A stretch of DNA of 63,900 nt, the filler included, from an uncultured bacterium (GTDB taxonomy: Bacteria; DYJV01): the NCBI GenBank assembly GCA_964543655.1. It is 8 parts of 8 records of this genome, joined end to end, with 100 filler letters (N's around TTAATTAATTAA, not from the genome) between each part and the next. Parts side by side here need not be neighbours in the genome. Positions count along the whole stretch, not along the records: positions 60,253 to 63,900 come from CAZIZE010000081.1; 7 more parts are not named here. One strand, 5' to 3'. The notes under the pieces are model-generated. The model worked only from the letters and a program-made list of their open reading frames with translations, did not search any database and was not told where the DNA came from. Positions 61,592 through 63,900 of this stretch are shown piece by piece. Every line of letters begins with the position of its first letter. Within the stretch, counting starts at the first letter, position 1. Position numbers and translations under genes: made by a program.

Positions 61592-63475
61592 ATGAAAAAA
61601 ATTATTTTATTTATTATTTTTTTCATGTTTATATTAAATTACAAAATTTACAGTGACTCAAATATCCAAATAATAGAGATAATCGATAATAATTCAAATA
61701 TTCAATTAGCAGATTTGCAAGGAGTAATCAGTGGTCCAACTCCACCACCTGATAATCCTACTATACCTGATTTAACTAAAAATTTACAGGATATAGGTAT
61801 TACATCTATTAGAAACAATGGCTATTGGGACAATAGGCTTGATATAGCAGGAATATTCCAATGTCCTGATAATTCAACCTATCCTTCATGGGATTGTGAT
61901 GCAAATGATACTTCTAATTATCATTGGGAACTAAGTGATGACCTTGTGAATAAAATTGTAAATGGAGGCTTTGAGTTATTTTTAAGAATTGGTGACAATT
62001 CAAACAGTGCTATCAGGAATTTTGACTTTCGTGGACCTCAAAATGAAACTCAAGAAAATAACTGGATAATTGTGGGAAAAAAAATTATAGAGAGATATAA
62101 AAACTGGAATGGTATAAAGCCATTCCAATATATAGATATTATTACTGAATGGCCAAATAAAGATTTCTGGGACAGAAGCAATTCTGAATTTATAGAATTC
62201 TGGGCAAAAGCTTTTCAAGCTATAAAATTAGCTTATCCTGAATATAAAGTTGGTGGTCCTGGCATTTTAAAGCCAACAATTGATGTCATCAATGGAGTTG
62301 TTGAAAATAATAGTGCAATAGATTTCTTAACATACCTTTACAAGCATAATCTCAAACCAGACTGGCTTGGCTGGCATCTCTGGCAAAATGATCCTGAAAT
62401 GTATTTAAAAGCAGCAAGACAATATAGGAATTTACTTAATGGGGAAGGTGACTTTGCATCTGTTCCTTGGGCTGGTACAGGTTTTTTTAAAGACGTTGAA
62501 TTAATATGTGACGCATATGGTGTTTCTTATTTAAAAGAAACTACAAATGGGGAAATAGTCTATTATCCCAATGACTATATTTATAAAATTATGAATAAAA
62601 AAGAGGGGGCAGCTATTTTAACAGGGACATGGATTGCTTTGCAGTATGGAGGAATTAAAAGAGCTTTTTATTACAGGGCAGGTGATGAAAAATCAGACCC
62701 AAATAATACAGAAAATTTAAGGGAAATGGGTTGGAGTGGTCTATTTTATGGAGATGATAAGGCAAGTTACAAGCCAAAAGCATATGCTTTTAGGTTATGG
62801 TCAGTAATGTATAAAAATTATCCAAAACTTCTTTCAATTGATGTACCAATAACTATAGATAATGAAACAAAATTATGGATGCTTGCTGGAAAAGGTAATG
62901 ATGGATATGGAGTTTTAGTTACAAACTTAAACGATAAATCTGTTAGTTTTAAATTGAATATTGATGGTGAAGTTTTCCCTAATTCCAGTTATCATACAAA
63001 TATTTTACAGGTAGATGACGAAAATAATGGAAAATCTTCTATAGAGTTAAAAAATGATTATTTTACTGTGGCACCTTATACTGTTCAGCTTATTCAATTT
63101 ATCCCAATAAACAGTGAGAATAATATTGTTGATATAAAAGTAAATGGCTCTGACGGAGATATAACTCTTTATGAAAATGATGAATTAAATTTAACAATAT
63201 CCATTAACTCCAATGTTTTAAACGGTATTGTTGCAGATTGGAAAATCAGTATAATTACTGAAACTGGAGATATTTTTTCCTACGTATATCCAAATGGATG
63301 GCAACAGGGAGACGAAATAGCTTATACAGGAGAATTAGTAAATTTTGAAAATATCTCTTTGCTTCACCTTGATAATTTAAATGGAATTACTGGAGAATAT
63401 AAATTAATGTTTGAGGTTACTTTAACTAATGGACTAACTTTTAAAGACCAAGTAAATTTATCTATTATTAAATAG
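61592..63475 (+). CDS. Exported GH39-like (clan GH-A) protein with C-terminal Ig-like domain
   Basis: Signal peptide, GITSIR, D..NYHW..SD, AIK..YP..KVGGP, DWLGWH, GLF...PKAYAF. Confidence 0.75.
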   Translation: MKKIILFIIFFMFILNYKIYSDSNIQIIEIIDNNSNIQLADLQGVISGPTPPPDNPTIPDLTKNLQDIGITSIRNNGYWDNRLDIAGIFQCPDNSTYPSWDCDANDTSNYHWELSDDLVNKIVNGGFELFLRIGDNSNSAIRNFDFRGPQNETQENNWIIVGKKIIERYKNWNGIKPFQYIDIITEWPNKDFWDRSNSEFIEFWAKAFQAIKLAYPEYKVGGPGILKPTIDVINGVVENNSAIDFLTYLYKHNLKPDWLGWHLWQNDPEMYLKAARQYRNLLNGEGDFASVPWAGTGFFKDVELICDAYGVSYLKETTNGEIVYYPNDYIYKIMNKKEGAAILTGTWIALQYGGIKRAFYYRAGDEKSDPNNTENLREMGWSGLFYGDDKASYKPKAYAFRLWSVMYKNYPKLLSIDVPITIDNETKLWMLAGKGNDGYGVLVTNLNDKSVSFKLNIDGEVFPNSSYHTNILQVDDENNGKSSIELKNDYFTVAPYTVQLIQFIPINSENNIVDIKVNGSDGDITLYENDELNLTISINSNVLNGIVADWKISIITETGDIFSYVYPNGWQQGDEIAYTGELVNFENISLLHLDNLNGITGEYKLMFEVTLTNGLTFKDQVNLSIIK

Positions 63476-63479
63476 AAAA

Positions 63480-63725
63480 ACACAAATAGGATTAAATTTT
63501 ATTAGGTTTTATTTTGATGAAACAAATGAAAATTTTGCTCCTGATGTAATATTTAAAGATTTTTCCGGACTTGGGATTGATACATATAGAATGCTTGTTA
63601 GAGCAGGAGTTACTTGGAGTGATGTGGAACCTGGGAATGATCAATGGAATTTTGAAAAGTCTGATTATTTAATACAAAACCAAATGTAAAATCCAACAGC
63701 AATTTTTTTACAAATGTTATTATAA
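63480..63725 (+). pseudogene. Remnant of a second GH-A-like hydrolase gene
   Basis: QIGLNFIRFYF (frameshift) FAPDVIFKDFSGLGIDTYRMLVRAGVTWSDVEPGNDQWNFEKSD..* with no start and internal stops. Confidence 0.55.
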
Positions 63726-63900
63726 GCTTTTTAATTTGAAATAACATCTTATAATATTTCAAAAACTTTAAACTTTGAACCGATAACTGTAAACTATTTA
63801 AGGGCCTTAGTCCGAAAAATCTCTTGATTTAAGGTTGGTTTTGTGATCTTTACACAGCGTCTTTAGCAATATGGTAAATTGCTATTAATATTAAAAGGTT

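Overview
This window is not continuous DNA. It is eight AT-rich bacterial contigs joined by seven artificial 100-nt linkers (N44-TTAATTAATTAA-N44), so adjacency across linkers means nothing. The gene content suggests an anaerobic, probably thermophilic Gram-negative bacterium of Desulfobacterota/Deferribacterota type (inference only). Contig 1 (1-20473): a minus-strand surface-glycan island with two sigma54 promoters. It carries many glycosyltransferases, a CMP-transferase/cyclase/dehydrogenase/SDR cassette, a TPR-GT2-B12 radical SAM fusion and a radical SAM/SPASM enzyme. Contig 2: nitroreductase-xseB-ispA-dxs-oxoacid:ferredoxin oxidoreductase operon. Contig 3: NIL-ferredoxin, MocA-like protein, rpsL-rpsG-fusA-tuf. 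Contig 4: octaheme cytochrome c, rex, M16 subunit, glnD. Contig 5: a binding protein/histidine kinase/sigma54 activator/TonB receptor cassette, followed by candidate enhancer sites, a sigma54 promoter and exported proteins. Contig 6: a large exported multi-domain protein. Contig 7: TtuA-like protein, truA, hisS, archease, a hybrid kinase with an orphan binding protein, and an ActP-like symporter. Contig 8: an integrase end with an att site at tmRNA, gatC and a GH39-like protein. Best candidates for new biology: the glycan-modification chemistry of contig 1, the trans-envelope sigma54 signalling module of contig 5, and a ~115-aa domain shared by two unrelated exported proteins that may be a surface-anchoring or sorting module.
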